This document shows, piece by piece, positions 9,380 through 18,691 of a DNA stretch of 64,000 nucleotides. Within the stretch, counting starts at the first letter, position 1, and the number at the start of each line of letters is the position of its first letter. Source of the stretch: Myxococcota bacterium (lineage in GTDB: Bacteria; Myxococcota_A; Polyangia; Nannocystales; Nannocystaceae); contig JBCCHT010000006.1 in assembly GCA_039028615.1 (NCBI GenBank), positions 224,001-288,000 of the forward strand, given 5' to 3'. The notes under the pieces are model-generated. The model was not told where the DNA came from, ran no database searches, and saw nothing but the letters and a program-made list of their open reading frames with translations. A program made the position numbers and the translations under genes.

Positions 9380-12298
9380 TCACGAGGGCACGACGTGGTC
9401 CTCGAGCCACTGCGCGACCGCATCCGCATGATGACGACGCAGCCGCGGCGTGCCGAGGTCGGCGGCCCCACGCTCGGCCAAGGCGCGGGCCTGCACTGGG
9501 TCTCGGGGCCACAGCGCGCGGGCCAGCGCCACGCGCAGCCGGGCGAGCTCACGACGATTGCCGCTGACCGCCTCCACCAACTCGATGGCCCGTCGCAGCC
9601 GCGCCACCGCTTGGTCGTGCTCCCCTCGCTGCGTCTCGATGACCGCGAGCCCCCACAAGGTCTCGACCATGGCCGGGTGCCGAGGCCCGTGCACCCGCTC
9701 CCACACCTCCAGCGCCCGCTCGAACCACGGGTAGGCTTCGTCGTCTCGGGACAGCTCGAGCAGCGAAAAGCCCAGGTTGGAGTAGCTGGGCGCGAAGTCC
9801 CCGTGCGAGGGGTCGAGCGTGGACTTGCGCAGCTCCAGCACCCGCAGGTGTTGCTCGAGCGCCTCCTCGTGCCGACCCAGCATGTCCAGCGCGGCCCCTA
9901 CGTTACCCAGCGCTCGCGCATAGTCGGGATGGGTCTCGCCCACCGTCTCGCGGTAGATCGGCAGCGACTGCTCGTGGGCCCGCAGCGCCCGCTCGAGCTG
10001 CCCCGAGGCCAGATACACGTTGGCGAGGTTCCCCCGCGTCGCGCCCACTTGATACGCCCGGGGCCCCAGCGTCTGCTCGAACCCGGCGAGTGCATCCTCG
10101 TAAAACGCGACGGCCTCGTCGAAGGCACCGACCTCGAACGCCTGGTTGCCGAGATTGGACTGGACCCGCCCCACGTCGGGATGCCCCGGTCCGAGCTTCG
10201 CTTCCAGGATGGTGCGGGCCTGCTCGAAATGCCCCCGCGCGTCGTGGGCCCGCCCGGACAGCAGCGCCACCACCCCGAGGCCGTTGTGGCAGTCGGCGCT
10301 CGGAAGCGACTGCGGCCCGAGCTGCGCGTCGAACACGGCCAACGCCTCGCGATAGTCGGCCGCCGACTCCGGGTAGCGACTCGCTGCTTGCCGTAGCTGA
10401 GCCGTCGCGAACGACAGCCGAGCCCCCAGTAGCGGCCGCTCACCGAACCCCGAGATCTTGGCCCGGGCCAGGCGGCCCAAGTGCTCGGCCCGCTCGGTTC
10501 GCGCCAGGTGCAGCCCCGTCGTCGTCACCAGCCCCAACACTGCCTCCACCGCCAGGGCGGAGTCTCCCGTGCGCTCCGCCTCGACCCAGGCTTGCTCGTA
10601 CGCCCGCTGGGCTTCGGCATGGTCGTCACGCGCTCCGCTGACCCGCGCCAAGGTCAGTCGGGCATGGGCCCGCGTGGACGCATGGTCGAGCGACGAGGCC
10701 GCGTCCACGGCCTCTCGCGCCTTCGCTCCTGCCTCCGCCAGCCGCCCCGCCTGCTGCAGCGCCTGCGCCCGCAGTCGCACCCGCTGGACCTCCGTGACCT
10801 GGTCGCGCTCGTGGGCCGGCACGGGCAGCGCCGACGCCAGGCTCTCGTCGTCTTCACAGGAGGACAGCGGCGTCAGGGCGGAGACCGAACGCACCGCTCG
10901 GGCCACCGCCGCATCGTCGGCCTCGGCCAAGACCTCGGTCAGCGCCTCGGTCTCGCGGCGGGCCAGCTCCAGGCACTCGATACGACGATTGGCGACCGGG
11001 CTCCCCTGCGCTTGCTCGACCTTCATGCGACAGGCCTCGGCCCGCTGCTCGGTCCACCGCTGCGCCCGGGCATCGAGGCCCTGCTTCACCAACGCCCAAG
11101 TCGACGCCCCCAGCGGCCCGCGTTCCACTCCCTGCTGCACGCGCTCGCGGGTCTGGGAGCCCCAGGCGTCGTCCAGATGGGCCTCGAACGAGCCGAGTTC
11201 ACACGCCTGCTCGACCGCGGAGGCCCCCGACTCTCGCCCCGACAACAGCCCCGCCACGCTCGCGCCCGTGAGCACGGCCGTGAGCGCGAGGGCCCAGCGA
11301 CGCCGCGTGGGTACGGCCAGCGCCCGCAGCAGCGCCTCCATCGAGGGGAATCGTTCCGCCGGATCCGCGGCCAAGCCCCGCCGCAGCGCTCGACCGATGG
11401 AGCGGGGCACGGCGCTGTCTTTGGTGGGCGTCGCGAAGCGGCCGGCTTCTTTGGCCGCCTGCATCTGCCCGATGTTCTCCCCGCGAAACGGCACCGTGCC
11501 GTGCAAGCACTGGTAGAGCGCCACACAGAAGCTGAACTGGTCCGCCCGCGCGTCGACCGGCTCGCCGCGGTACTGCTCGGGCGCCATATACGAAGGCGTG
11601 CCCGCCACCGAGGTCGTCTGATCGAAGTCGGTCTTGCGCCCCGCCGTGGCCGGTGAGGGGGCACCCTTGGAGTGACTGCGGCGGGCCAGGCCGAAGTCCA
11701 GCACCCGCACCCGCCCATCGGCGCCCACCATCACGTTGCCCGGCTTGAAGTCGCGGTGCACCAGCTGGCGGGCGTGCGCCGCGACCAGCCCGCGGCCGGC
11801 CTGGAGGAAGACCTCGACCACCGCCCGCCACGATCGCGGCGTCTCGATCCACTCCGACAAGCGCTGGCCGTCGACCAGCTCCATCACCAAGTACACGCCG
11901 CGGCGCAGGGCGTCGGAGCCCGCGCGAGGGTCGGTCGGCTCCGCCGAGGGTTCCTCGCCCCAGTCGTAGGTACCCACGTCGTGGATCGCCACCACGTTGG
12001 GATGCGACAGCTGAGCGATGGCCTTGGCCTCGCGCAGAATCTCCTCGGAGCCGCTCTTCGAGCCCTCGCCCAGGCCACCGCCGTGCAGCAGCTTCACCGC
12101 GACCTTGCGATCGAGGCTCGGGTCGAACGCGTGATAGACGACACCGGCCCCGCCCGCGCCGATCCGCGACAGCAGCAGGTAGCGATCGAGGTGCATCGCC
12201 GGCCGCGGTCGACCGAAGAGCCGTGATTGCAGCTCGGCCAGCCCCTCTCGTTCCCGCGGGGTCAGCCGCCGGGTGCCGTCGTCACCAGGATGGTTCAA
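9380..12298 (-). CDS. Ser/Thr kinase with TM and C-terminal TPR array
   Basis: GAGGAGVVY, VAVK, HRDFKPGN, DFG, GTPSYMAPEQ; TM; kinesin-light-chain-like TPRs (LGP.HP.V....NLG). Start uncertain; the ORF extension to 13135 overlaps the opposite gene. Confidence 0.93.
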   Translation of the reverse strand: MNHPGDDGTRRLTPREREGLAELQSRLFGRPRPAMHLDRYLLLSRIGAGGAGVVYHAFDPSLDRKVAVKLLHGGGLGEGSKSGSEEILREAKAIAQLSHPNVVAIHDVGTYDWGEEPSAEPTDPRAGSDALRRGVYLVMELVDGQRLSEWIETPRSWRAVVEVFLQAGRGLVAAHARQLVHRDFKPGNVMVGADGRVRVLDFGLARRSHSKGAPSPATAGRKTDFDQTTSVAGTPSYMAPEQYRGEPVDARADQFSFCVALYQCLHGTVPFRGENIGQMQAAKEAGRFATPTKDSAVPRSIGRALRRGLAADPAERFPSMEALLRALAVPTRRRWALALTAVLTGASVAGLLSGRESGASAVEQACELGSFEAHLDDAWGSQTRERVQQGVERGPLGASTWALVKQGLDARAQRWTEQRAEACRMKVEQAQGSPVANRRIECLELARRETEALTEVLAEADDAAVARAVRSVSALTPLSSCEDDESLASALPVPAHERDQVTEVQRVRLRAQALQQAGRLAEAGAKAREAVDAASSLDHASTRAHARLTLARVSGARDDHAEAQRAYEQAWVEAERTGDSALAVEAVLGLVTTTGLHLARTERAEHLGRLARAKISGFGERPLLGARLSFATAQLRQAASRYPESAADYREALAVFDAQLGPQSLPSADCHNGLGVVALLSGRAHDARGHFEQARTILEAKLGPGHPDVGRVQSNLGNQAFEVGAFDEAVAFYEDALAGFEQTLGPRAYQVGATRGNLANVYLASGQLERALRAHEQSLPIYRETVGETHPDYARALGNVGAALDMLGRHEEALEQHLRVLELRKSTLDPSHGDFAPSYSNLGFSLLELSRDDEAYPWFERALEVWERVHGPRHPAMVETLWGLAVIETQRGEHDQAVARLRRAIELVEAVSGNRRELARLRVALARALWPRDPVQARALAERGAADLGTPRLRRHHADAVAQWLEDHVVPS

Positions 12299-12379
12299 AC
12301 CTGCTCCGCCCCAATTCAGCCTGTCACGTTTTTTTCGCCTCGTGTGAACCGATCGCCGCCGGGCCCCGACTTGTTCGGT

Positions 12380-14020
12380 ATGGACCCCTCCGTCCTGCGA
12401 TTGTTGGTCGCGCTGCCCTTGGCGTGGTTGATGGCCTGCACCATGCCCCCGCCCGAAGGGCACAACCCCTTCGACGACGTGCCCACGCCTGCCGCGGACG
12501 ACGATGCATCGGCGGACACGGACGGCACCGCTGACGGCTCGACGGATGAATCGACCGGGGATGCCCCCACCGATCCGCCCCCGGCCGGGCTCGCCGCGGG
12601 CATCACCGTCACCCGGGTTACCGCCAACCAGGGCGTGCAGGTCGACATCGGCCGCGACGGGTTCGGCGTGGGCCCGGCCGAGCGCCAGGCCCCGCTCGTC
12701 GCGGGCCGTCGCACGCTCGTCCGCGCGTTCTGGACCCTCGACGACGATTTCGAAGCGCGAGAGATCCGAGCCCGGCTCACCCTGCGCTCCCCCGCCGAAG
12801 AGCACTCGCTGACCTACACGCAGACGATCGACCGAGACGCCGAAGACCACCCCGAGGGGCCCTACTTCTGGTGGATCCTCGAGCCGGACGACGTGGTGCC
12901 CGGCCTCGAGTACTCCGTGGAACTCAGCGACGCCGAGCCCTCCGAGGCCCCGGTCGATACCGACACGAGCGCGGCTCGACTCCCCGTGTCCGGCGTGACC
13001 GCCTTCGGCGTGGAGGCCAGTCCGACCCAGCTGCGCGTCGTGGTCGTGCCCATCGTGCACCAGCTCGGAGGCTGCGCTCAGGTCCCGCCCATCGGCCCGT
13101 CCGAGGCCGAGATCTTCAGCCGCACTCTCGATCAACTCAACCCCGTCGCGCAGCTCGACCTCCAGGTCCGCGACGCGGTGCTCTACGAGGCCAGCCTGGG
13201 CGGCGCCTCGGACTTCTCCGACCTACTCACGGGCCTCAGTCAGCTCCGCAGCCAAGACGGCGCCGCGCCCAACGTCTACTACTACGGCATCGTCGCGTCG
13301 TGCGATGGCCTGCCCGGCGGCGGCATCGTGGGCCAAGCCTTCAACACCATCCCGTCGCCGCTGCCCGAGCTCGGCTACCAACGCGTGGCCGTGGGCTGGT
13401 GGGGCGGCAACGCGGCCACCACCGTCATCACCATGATCCACGAGCTGGGACACACCCAGGGTCTGCGGCACGTCGCGTGCGCGGGCACCGAGGGCGCCCC
13501 CGATCCCAGCTATCCCTGGCCGGGCGGCATCACCAACACCTGGGGCTTCGGCATTCACGACGAGTCGCTGCACGCTCCCGGCACCTCGCGCGACTACATG
13601 ACCTACTGCGCCGGCTACTGGGTGTCCGGGTTCACGTGGCGCAAGACCTTCGACGTCATCCGCACGCTCAGCGGTTGGGACGGGCAGGCCCCCGACCCGG
13701 GCTCGTCCCCCGGCATGGTCGTCCACGCCGCCATCTACGGCGACGGGCGCTCCGACTGGTGGACGACGAGCGGAGACCTCGGAGCCGCGGTCGTCGACCC
13801 GAGCCTCCGACTCCGGGCTCGGGTCGACGGCCGAGACCACGACGTGCCCGTGTTGATCTCGCAGCGCCCGCACGGGCACACCATCGACATCGCGGCCGCG
13901 CTGCCCCGGGGCACCACGCTCGATGCCCTGGCGCTGCACGGTCTCGATGAAGTGATACGCCCCGTCGATTCCGCGGCCGTGCGTCGCCTCGATGGCGCCG
14001 CGGACGAGCTCAGCCCGTAG
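12380..14020 (+). CDS. Lipoprotein zinc metalloprotease (M66/StcE-like metzincin)
   Basis: Lipobox LMAC; HELGHTQGLRH (HExxHxxGxxH); downstream DYMTYC Met-turn. Confidence 0.85.
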   Translation: MDPSVLRLLVALPLAWLMACTMPPPEGHNPFDDVPTPAADDDASADTDGTADGSTDESTGDAPTDPPPAGLAAGITVTRVTANQGVQVDIGRDGFGVGPAERQAPLVAGRRTLVRAFWTLDDDFEAREIRARLTLRSPAEEHSLTYTQTIDRDAEDHPEGPYFWWILEPDDVVPGLEYSVELSDAEPSEAPVDTDTSAARLPVSGVTAFGVEASPTQLRVVVVPIVHQLGGCAQVPPIGPSEAEIFSRTLDQLNPVAQLDLQVRDAVLYEASLGGASDFSDLLTGLSQLRSQDGAAPNVYYYGIVASCDGLPGGGIVGQAFNTIPSPLPELGYQRVAVGWWGGNAATTVITMIHELGHTQGLRHVACAGTEGAPDPSYPWPGGITNTWGFGIHDESLHAPGTSRDYMTYCAGYWVSGFTWRKTFDVIRTLSGWDGQAPDPGSSPGMVVHAAIYGDGRSDWWTTSGDLGAAVVDPSLRLRARVDGRDHDVPVLISQRPHGHTIDIAAALPRGTTLDALALHGLDEVIRPVDSAAVRRLDGAADELSP

Positions 14021-14930
14021 CGACCCGCTGCGGTCGTTTGTTGTGCGCCCCTCCGGCCGCGGCCGCGGGCGAGAACAGCCGCCCGAGAAAATCGACGACG
14101 GCCCGGATCCGTGCCGCCCCGACCAGGTCTCGATGCACCGCCTGCCACACCACGCGAGGTTCGGGGCAGCCCTCGAGCGGGGTGCGGATGAGCCCCGCGT
14201 CCCGCTCGGCGACGTAGCAGGGCAGCAGCGCAATGCCCAGCCCGCCCAGCGCCGCCGACATCACCGACGACACGCTGTCCGAGCGGAGCACGACTTGTCC
14301 GTCGCCCACGTGCTCTTGCAGCCACGAGTTCTCGCGACGGAAGGGCCGGGTGTCGGCGAACAAGATGAAGCGATGCCCCGCGAGCTGCCCGGGCGTCGGC
14401 ATGCCCTTCTCGGCGACGTAGGCCTCCGACGCGTACAGGCCCAGCTCGATCGACAGCAGCTTCTTGACCACGATGTCCTCTTGCCGCGGCCGAGACAGGC
14501 GCAAGGCGATGTCCGCCTCGCGGCGCCCGAGGTCGACCTCTTGGTTGGTGCACCACAGCTCGAGCTGGATGCCGGGATAGTCCTCGTGGAAGCGGGCGAG
14601 GTACGGGGTGATGACCCGGGTCGCGGTCATCTCGGTGCAGGTCAGGCGCACGCGCCCTTCGAGCTTCTGGTCTTCTCCGGCCAGGTCGAGGCCGAGCGCC
14701 AGCGCCTCGCGCTCGATGCCCTCGGCGCGCGGCAGCAAGCGGTGCCCGGCCGCGGTGAGCGCGTAGCCCCGTGGCGTGCGATCGAACAGCCGCGCGCCCA
14801 GCTGCCGCTCGAGGTTGCCGAGGCGCCGCCCCACCGTGGTCGCATCCAGGGACAGCGCTGTTCCCGCGCGCGCCAGGTTGCCTTCGCGAGACACCGCCAA
14901 GAAGAAGCGCACGTCGTCCCAGTTGAACAC
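14010..14930 (-). CDS. LysR-family transcriptional regulator
   Basis: WDDVRFFLAV...G.L..A...L....TVGRRL..LE..LG.RLF.R HTH followed by a substrate-binding domain. Confidence 0.97.
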   Translation of the reverse strand: MFNWDDVRFFLAVSREGNLARAGTALSLDATTVGRRLGNLERQLGARLFDRTPRGYALTAAGHRLLPRAEGIEREALALGLDLAGEDQKLEGRVRLTCTEMTATRVITPYLARFHEDYPGIQLELWCTNQEVDLGRREADIALRLSRPRQEDIVVKKLLSIELGLYASEAYVAEKGMPTPGQLAGHRFILFADTRPFRRENSWLQEHVGDGQVVLRSDSVSSVMSAALGGLGIALLPCYVAERDAGLIRTPLEGCPEPRVVWQAVHRDLVGAARIRAVVDFLGRLFSPAAAAGGAHNKRPQRVATG

Positions 14931-14931
14931 C

Positions 14932-14947
14932 CCTGCATTCTTGCAGG
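14932..14947. promoter_or_regulatory. Palindromic operator candidate CCTGCA-TTCT-TGCAGG between lysR and the divergent hydrolase
   Basis: Perfect 6-bp inverted repeat abutting the lysR start; a further ATGCAGG lies at about 14974-14980. Confidence 0.55.
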
Positions 14948-15036
14948 CTATGGCGGCATCGCAACCGGTGATTATGCAGGCGCGTTCTGCACGCTTGGGG
15001 GCGGCCTCACGTCTTCGGACGTCTCAGGCTGAAGTC

Positions 15037-15969
15037 ATGGCGCTCCACAACGATATCGAGATCCCCACCGGCGACCTGAGGACCCTCGGAGCGCGCCTGT
15101 ACGAACCCGGTCGCGAAGCGGTCGCGCAGGTCGTGATCCACGGCGCCACCGCGGTGCCCCAGCGCTTCTACGACGCCTTCGCGCTGCACCTCGCGCAGCA
15201 GGGCTTCCGCGTGCTGACCTACGACTACCGTGGCATCGGACAGTCTCGCGTCGAGCCGATCGCCGAGGACCCGGTCACCATGGAGGGCTGGATCGAAGAC
15301 GCCGAGGCCGCGCAGCGCTGGTTGGTCGGCCGAGCCCCCTCCCTGCCGCTGCTCACCGTCGGCCACAGCTTCGGGGGCCAGGTCGCCGCTTCCATCGATG
15401 CTGGCCGCCGCCCCGACGGACTCATCTTGGTCGGAGCCCAGAGCGGCTGGTGGCGCGCCTTCCCTCCGACCTCACTCGCGCGCATGTGGCTGACCTGGTC
15501 CGTGCTGCTGCCGGTCGTGACCCGCTCCTTCGGCTACGTGCCGGGGTGGACCGGCCTCGGCGAGGACCTGCCCGCGGGCGTCGCCCAGCAGTGGGGCCGC
15601 TGGTGTCGCTCCCCCAACTACTTCCTGTCCGAGCTGCCGCACCTGCGCACACGCCTGGCCGCCTACGACGGCCGCATCCTCGCGCTGAGCTTCACCGACG
15701 ACGAGCTCGCGCCTGCGGCCAACGTGCACTGGCTGCTCGATCGCCTCGGCGGAGCACACATCGACCACCTGCACCTCAGCCCCGAGCAGCTCGGCCTGCC
15801 CCGCGTCGGCCACTTCGGCTTCTTCCGCACCCGCTCGGCGCCGACGCTGTGGACCCGCGCCGCCAGCTTCTTGCTCGAGACCGCACAAAAAGCGGGGGAA
15901 CGCGGCCCTCGGCCACTTTCCCCCGCCCTCGAGGAGATCCTGGTGGATCTCCACTACGGTCGCGACTGA
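15037..15969 (+). CDS. Alpha/beta hydrolase (predicted COG4757-like)
   Basis: HGATAVP..FY, DYRGIG.S, GHSFGG nucleophile elbow, FTDD, GHFGFF. Confidence 0.92.
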   Translation: MALHNDIEIPTGDLRTLGARLYEPGREAVAQVVIHGATAVPQRFYDAFALHLAQQGFRVLTYDYRGIGQSRVEPIAEDPVTMEGWIEDAEAAQRWLVGRAPSLPLLTVGHSFGGQVAASIDAGRRPDGLILVGAQSGWWRAFPPTSLARMWLTWSVLLPVVTRSFGYVPGWTGLGEDLPAGVAQQWGRWCRSPNYFLSELPHLRTRLAAYDGRILALSFTDDELAPAANVHWLLDRLGGAHIDHLHLSPEQLGLPRVGHFGFFRTRSAPTLWTRAASFLLETAQKAGERGPRPLSPALEEILVDLHYGRD

Positions 15970-15972
15970 GGG

Positions 15973-16845
15973 CTACTCGCCCGCGTCGGCCTCGCCCGTG
16001 CTGCTGCCCCCGTCGGTGCCGGAGGACGATTCACCCCCCGTGGTGCCTCCGGTGTCGCCGGTCGAGTCGCCCGCGGTCTCGTCCTGACCCACGGTCTCCG
16101 AGCCGCTGTCCCCGGTGTCCATGGTCTCCGAGCACGACACCAAGCTGACCTCGTCGACGAAGAAGCTGGTGAGCCCCGTGCCCGCGTGGTCGGAGGCGAA
16201 GGACAGCTCGTAGGTCCCGCCGTCGGCCCACGGCGTGACGTCGATGTCGACCTGCGTGTAGTCGCTGTACTCGGGCATGTCCATGTCGGTGACCATGAAC
16301 AGCGCGTCGCCGTCGAGGCTCACCGTGAACATGTCGTCGCCCGTGCCCGCGCCGCTGCGGATCTGGAACCAGAACGAGAGGAACGCGGTGTCGGGCTCGA
16401 TGGTGACTCGCTGCGTCACGCTGGCCATCTCGGGCTCGTCCTCGACGCCACCCAGCCAGACCCAGTGCTCACCCATGTAGGGCTCGGCGCCCTCTTCATC
16501 GGTGCAGGTCGAGTCGCAGATGGGCGTGCCGAACACGTCGGACACCTCGTCCCAGTCGTTGTTGGGTGTGCCCGCCTCGAAGCCCGGGTCGATGATGATG
16601 TTGTCGCCGCAATCCCCCACCGGGCCGCCGGTCGTGGGATCGGTGTCGTCGTCGTTACCGTCGGTGTCGGGATCGCCACCGGTCGTCCCCGGCGTCTGCT
16701 CACCGGTGGCCGGCGGCGTGCCGTCGTCGGTCGCCTCGAGCGAGCCGTCGTCGTCGTCGGTGGTGTTGATGATGCAGGCGGTCGACAGCAGGCAGAGCCC
16801 GACGGCGCCGACCAGAGGACGAAAGGAAAGTTTGGATATGGTCAT
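15973..16845 (-). CDS. Acidic lipoprotein with a jelly-roll/carbohydrate-binding-like domain
   Basis: Lipobox STAC; NIIIDPGFEAG...FFVDEVSL pattern; D/T/G-rich linkers. Confidence 0.75.
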   Translation of the reverse strand: MTISKLSFRPLVGAVGLCLLSTACIINTTDDDDGSLEATDDGTPPATGEQTPGTTGGDPDTDGNDDDTDPTTGGPVGDCGDNIIIDPGFEAGTPNNDWDEVSDVFGTPICDSTCTDEEGAEPYMGEHWVWLGGVEDEPEMASVTQRVTIEPDTAFLSFWFQIRSGAGTGDDMFTVSLDGDALFMVTDMDMPEYSDYTQVDIDVTPWADGGTYELSFASDHAGTGLTSFFVDEVSLVSCSETMDTGDSGSETVGQDETAGDSTGDTGGTTGGESSSGTDGGSSTGEADAGE

Positions 16846-17066
16846 CGAACTACGCCGTCTGTTTGGACGGTAAGGCTGGCTTCAGGATGCAAGGAAGCCT
16901 GAAATTCGCAACAAAAACCGGCGATTCGTAGGGGTTGTCGCCCACCGAGGGACCCCGCGGGGGGTCGATCCCCGTGGGGCGATTCCCCCGGTACGTACCG
17001 ATCACTCCAGGCTCGCGGTCGCGCGCTCCCACCTGGGCCTACCGCCCGACCGCGCGACGCGAACGC

Positions 17067-17822
17067 TCAGGTCTTGCGACGACGCAGCAGCTCGGGACGG
17101 CCTTCGAGCGCCTTGTTGAGCTCGGCCACCTCTTCGGGCTTCACGTAGCTCAGGCTCGTCGCGCCGGCCAGGTAGAGCTTCACGATGTGCTGCTCGCCCT
17201 CGACCACGGTCTCGAAGGACTCGCAGCGCTCGATGCTCGTCATCAGCCGCCCCATGCGTGGCGACTTGAACTTGTGCGCCTTGATCTCCCGCTTGTAGCG
17301 GAAGACCTTCTTCACCTTGAAGCCCTGCGTGCCCTCGGCGCGGGTGAACGAGTCGACCACGTCGTTGAGCCGCGAGTTCATCGCGTTGTTCTGCTGACGC
17401 AGCTCGTTGTGCTCGAGGTCGCTGATGTCGGCATCGTGATGCCCCATCACCGTTTGCTCCTCGAGCTCACCGTTGTCGACGGCCCACTTTCGGCACTCGA
17501 CCTGAACCCGGCGCCGATGGAAGAGCGACGCCACCGTCTTGAGCACGAGCAGCGGCACTTTCGCCTCGCCTTGGACCAGACGCGCCAGATCGCGAACGAT
17601 CTGGTCGTCGTGCACGCGGATCGCGAGCACGCCTTCGCCGTTGTCGAGTAGCTCGAGCGCGGTGAGCTTCTCTTCCGGGTCTTCTTCCTCCGGCGGCGCT
17701 TTGCCGGAGTAGGTCTTGGCGTAGCCCAGATGCGTGAGGGCCTTGTCCATGGCCTTCTCGAGCTTCGGCATCTTGAGCTCGCCTCGGGCCTCTATGATTC
17801 CCAATCCCCAGTGCTGAGCCAT
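17067..17822 (-). CDS. Hypothetical cytoplasmic protein
   Basis: 251 aa from ATG 17822 with GAGGGA upstream and strong coding codon bias; no motif recognised. Confidence 0.75.
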   Translation of the reverse strand: MAQHWGLGIIEARGELKMPKLEKAMDKALTHLGYAKTYSGKAPPEEEDPEEKLTALELLDNGEGVLAIRVHDDQIVRDLARLVQGEAKVPLLVLKTVASLFHRRRVQVECRKWAVDNGELEEQTVMGHHDADISDLEHNELRQQNNAMNSRLNDVVDSFTRAEGTQGFKVKKVFRYKREIKAHKFKSPRMGRLMTSIERCESFETVVEGEQHIVKLYLAGATSLSYVKPEEVAELNKALEGRPELLRRRKT

Positions 17823-17920
17823 GAGTCCCTCGTCGGGCGCCGAGTATGGCACAGGCCCCCTGGTCGGGAAAAATCGCCAAAAACTGGCCCCTCCACGGGG
17901 GGCTACGGCACGGTGGCCGC

Positions 17921-18046
17921 ATGCCCACCCTCCGACACATCGACGAGCTGCTCGGTAACGCCTGGGCCTGGGACGAGGACGACGACGAGCCCGAGGGCCG
18001 CGCCACGGACGAAGAGCCCGGCTCCCGGACCGACGACTGCCCCTAA
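17921..18046 (+). CDS. Putative small acidic protein (41 aa)
   Basis: MPTLRHIDELLGNAWAWDEDDDEPEG...; nearly all codons end in G/C; fills the gap before greB. Confidence 0.4.
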   Translation: MPTLRHIDELLGNAWAWDEDDDEPEGRATDEEPGSRTDDCP

Positions 18047-18166
18047 AAGGCGTTCTACTGCGGTTTCCCGGGGGTTTGGCCCGCGCGATTCCGCTGACCG
18101 CGCGCATCCCGGCTCGCCCCCGTGGCGCGAACGCGTCATCATTGAGGTTCGCCCCGAGGCACGCCC

Positions 18167-18676
18167 ATGGCCAAGGCCCAGCTCCCCGTCTTCATCACCC
18201 CCGAGGGGTACGCCAAGCTCCAAGCCGAGGCGGACCACCTGTGGAAGGTGGAGCGGCCCAAGGTCACACGTGAAGTCGAGGCCGCGGCCGCCCTGGGCGA
18301 TCGCTCCGAGAACGCGGAATACAAGTACGGAAAGCGGCGGCTCCGAGAGATCGACAGCCGGATGCTCTTTCTCAAGCGCCGCATGGAGAAGCTCAAGGTC
18401 ATCCATCCCGCGGCTCAAGCCGCCGCGGGCACGGACAAGGCGGGCTTCGGCGCCTGGGTGACCATCGAAGACGACGACGGGGCTCGGTTCTGCTATCGGC
18501 TGGTCGGACCCGACGAGCCCGATCCCGACAACGGGCACATCAGCATCCGCTCGCCGGTCGGTGCCGCCCTGCTGGGCAAGCACATCGACGACGAGGTGGA
18601 GGTCCGACGCCCGCGCGGCGAGGCCTACTACACCATCGTGTCCGTCGCGTACGGCGAGCGCCCCCCCGACGTCTAG
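18167..18676 (+). CDS. greB: Transcription elongation factor GreB
   Basis: ITPEG..KL..E...LW..ERP.V...V..AAALGDRSENAEY.YGKRRLREID; IS..SP.G.ALLGK. Confidence 0.96.
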   Translation: MAKAQLPVFITPEGYAKLQAEADHLWKVERPKVTREVEAAAALGDRSENAEYKYGKRRLREIDSRMLFLKRRMEKLKVIHPAAQAAAGTDKAGFGAWVTIEDDDGARFCYRLVGPDEPDPDNGHISIRSPVGAALLGKHIDDEVEVRRPRGEAYYTIVSVAYGERPPDV

Positions 18677-18691
18677 AGCCCTCGAGGCCGA

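Noticed and set aside
7018..13135. Long N-terminal extensions of ORFs 7018-9552, 8682-9512 and 9380-13135
   Set aside because: They overlap well-supported neighbouring genes; internal starts with SD, lipobox or domain boundaries fit better. Long shadow ORFs are expected at this GC content.
17906..17920. CGGCACGGTGGCCGC sigma54-like element
   Set aside because: The -12 half is CCGC and the implied start falls inside the small ORF; likely chance in GC-rich DNA.
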